A DNA stretch of 63,610 nucleotides, the filler included, from Candidatus Woesearchaeota archaeon (GTDB taxonomy: Archaea; Nanobdellota; Nanobdellia; Woesearchaeales; GCA-2687795): the NCBI GenBank assembly GCA_030753365.1. It is 10 parts of 10 records of this genome, joined end to end, with 100 filler letters (N's around TTAATTAATTAA, not from the genome) between each part and the next. Parts side by side here need not be neighbours in the genome. Positions count along the whole stretch, not along the records: positions 61,618 to 63,610 come from JASMCJ010000027.1; 9 more parts are not named here. One strand, written 5' to 3'. The translations under genes were made by a program, and so were the position numbers. Shown piece after piece: positions 61,836-63,610 of this stretch. Every line of letters begins with the position of its first letter. Position 1 is the stretch's first letter. The notes under the pieces were generated by a model, which was not told the origin of the DNA, ran no database searches, and was given only the letters and a program-made list of their open reading frames with translations.

Positions 61836-62132
61836 TTATATCTTCTTCAAATGAACAGGATGTATCACTAAAGTTTTTTGCTTGCCCTTCTTCATGTCAT
61901 TAATAACTATACTATAACAACTACCTTTCTTTTCCTTAATTACACCCACTTTTGAATGGAATCTTCTAAAATAAACCCCTTTCTGTATGCTTGGCTCTAT
62001 CTTCAAAAGAACTTTTTCTCCTTCTTTAAACTCTTGGAAATACTTTCTAAGGCTTATCTTACCCTTATCTCTTATGTTCTTCTTGAATTTGTTCCTAGTC
62101 TTCCTTCTTGCTCCGCCAGTTCTTTTAACCAT
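61836..62132 (-). CDS. rpl21e: 50S ribosomal protein L21e
   Basis: GARRKTR, FKEGEKV, RRFHSKVG, HPVHL. Confidence 0.95.
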   Translation of the reverse strand: MVKRTGGARRKTRNKFKKNIRDKGKISLRKYFQEFKEGEKVLLKIEPSIQKGVYFRRFHSKVGVIKEKKGSCYSIVINDMKKGKQKTLVIHPVHLKKI

Positions 62133-62319
62133 TTTTAATATTCCCCCAACTATTTAAGTCTATAAGTAGTCCTATTATAAAAATCTTTTTATTGTGTACT
62201 TTATATTTGACTAAATAAGCTAAATTAATACATTTCCCTATTTTACATCATAATCTCCTACTAAAAAAGCGAAAGATATATAAATGAGCTTATGTTCAAT
62301 TGTTTATATATTTCTCTTT

Positions 62320-62973
62320 ATGGTTTTACAAATGAAGGAAGAAGAACAGCTTAAAACTGGAACAACCACCATTGGTTTGGTTGGTAAAGACAGCATAATC
62401 CTTGCAGCTGATAGAAGAGCTACAGCAGGAACATTAATAGCAGATAAAAGAGCAAAAAAAATATACACTATCACAGACAACATTGCAGTAACCATGGCTG
62501 GCACAGTTTCAGATGCTCAATTATTGTTAAAATACGCTGAATCAGAGCTAAGGTTAAAGAAAATAAGAACAGGAATGGATTGCACAGTAAAAGAAGCAGC
62601 AAACCTTTTGGCAAGATTTGTTTATTATAACATAAGAAAGATGAGCATGATTCCTGGAATCTCTCATTTTGTATTAGGTGGCAAAGATAACTCAGGATTT
62701 TACTTATATGATATTTACGCTGATGGCAGCATAACTTTAATTGATGATTACATCTCATCCGGTTCAGGTTCTGTTATGGCATATGGTGTTCTTGAAACAA
62801 TCTATAAAAAGGACAACTCTGTTGATGATAACCTTAAACTAGCTGTAAAATGCGTAAACGCAGCAATCCAAAGAGATTCAGCATCTGGTAATGGCATAGA
62901 CGTTATATCAATAACCAGTGAAGGCATAAAGAGAATACTTGAAAAGGAGATAGATACAACAATAAAAGCATAA
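62320..62973 (+). CDS. psmB: Proteasome beta subunit
   Basis: KTG|TTTIG, AADRRATAG, AGTVSDAQ, GSGS, RDSASG. Confidence 0.96.
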   Translation: MVLQMKEEEQLKTGTTTIGLVGKDSIILAADRRATAGTLIADKRAKKIYTITDNIAVTMAGTVSDAQLLLKYAESELRLKKIRTGMDCTVKEAANLLARFVYYNIRKMSMIPGISHFVLGGKDNSGFYLYDIYADGSITLIDDYISSGSGSVMAYGVLETIYKKDNSVDDNLKLAVKCVNAAIQRDSASGNGIDVISITSEGIKRILEKEIDTTIKA

Positions 62974-63075
62974 AGATAGTTTTTCTTATAAGTATCTTAA
63001 TCAATAAAAATCAATAAACATATAATGGTGTAATCTAATTGAATAAAAATCCATTCTTAATTTATAGGTAAGAAA

Positions 63076-63610
63076 ATGACTGACATAATAAAAGAAATCT
63101 TAAAACACATACCAAAAGGTAAGATAAGCGAAGCCTGTTTTGAAGGCGCTAACATAGTTCTCTATACGAAAGATGAAGAATTTTTCCTAAACAACACTGG
63201 TATCATAAAGAAAATAGTAGATGAAATCAAAAAAAGGATAGAATTAAGGCCTGATCCTGCCATAACTCTTGACTTAGAAAAAGCTGAGAAAGAAATAAAA
63301 ACTCTCATTCCTAAAGAAGCAGGCATAAGCAATATCATATTTGACTCTCAAAGATCCATAGTAGTCATAGAAGCTGAAAAGCCAGGTCTTGCAATAGGAA
63401 AGCAGGGCAGCGTTCTCAGAGAAATCAGGACCAAAACATTATGGATACCAGTAATAAAAAGAACTCCTGCAATACGTTCAAGACTCATTGAAAATATAAG
63501 AGCAGTTCTCTACCAAAACAGTGATTATAGAAGAAAATTCCTTGACAAAACAGGTCATAGAATCTATGATGGCTGGATAAGGGGTAAAAAGGAAGAATGG
63601 ATAAGAATAT
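63076..63610 (+). CDS. aCPSF1/FttA, N-terminal KH region (3'-truncated by window edge)
   Basis: FEGANIVLYTK, KKRIELRPDP, IEAEKPGLAIGKQG, GHRIY; canonical position after psmB. Confidence 0.9.
   Translation, partial: MTDIIKEILKHIPKGKISEACFEGANIVLYTKDEEFFLNNTGIIKKIVDEIKKRIELRPDPAITLDLEKAEKEIKTLIPKEAGISNIIFDSQRSIVVIEAEKPGLAIGKQGSVLREIRTKTLWIPVIKRTPAIRSRLIENIRAVLYQNSDYRRKFLDKTGHRIYDGWIRGKKEEWIRI

Overview
Ten contig fragments joined by nine artificial 100-nt spacers (N-run + TTAATTAATTAA + N-run), so gene neighbourhoods hold only within a fragment. The content is archaeal (split RpoA'/A'', L30e, L14e, L21e, L31e, L39e, S19e, aIF-2beta, Cbf5, AglB, proteasome beta, aCPSF1) with several bacterial-type genes (GyrB, GroES/GroEL, ThrRS, Csp). 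This fits a DPANN genome, probably Woesearchaeota-like (inference). Main systems: an ADP-heptose operon with an atypical HAD phosphatase in the GmhB position, a four-subunit group 3b NiFe hydrogenase, a cold-shock module, and surface/pilin-like proteins. Mobile and RNA features read from the sequence: an HNH intein in GyrB, a LAGLIDADG intein in Cbf5, a free-standing HTH-LAGLIDADG gene, two tRNAs (Ala-GGC, Glu-CTC) each with two BHB introns, two copies of a ~92-nt double-hairpin element starting at stop codons, and a ~180-nt structured element at the trpS 3' end that shares sequence blocks with a tRNA intron. Also present: a candidate small RNA with an anti-Shine-Dalgarno loop, an AviRa-like rRNA methyltransferase beside tRNA-Glu, and several small ORFs missed by the ORF track. 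No CRISPR array or rRNA was seen. All family assignments come from motif recognition, not database searches.
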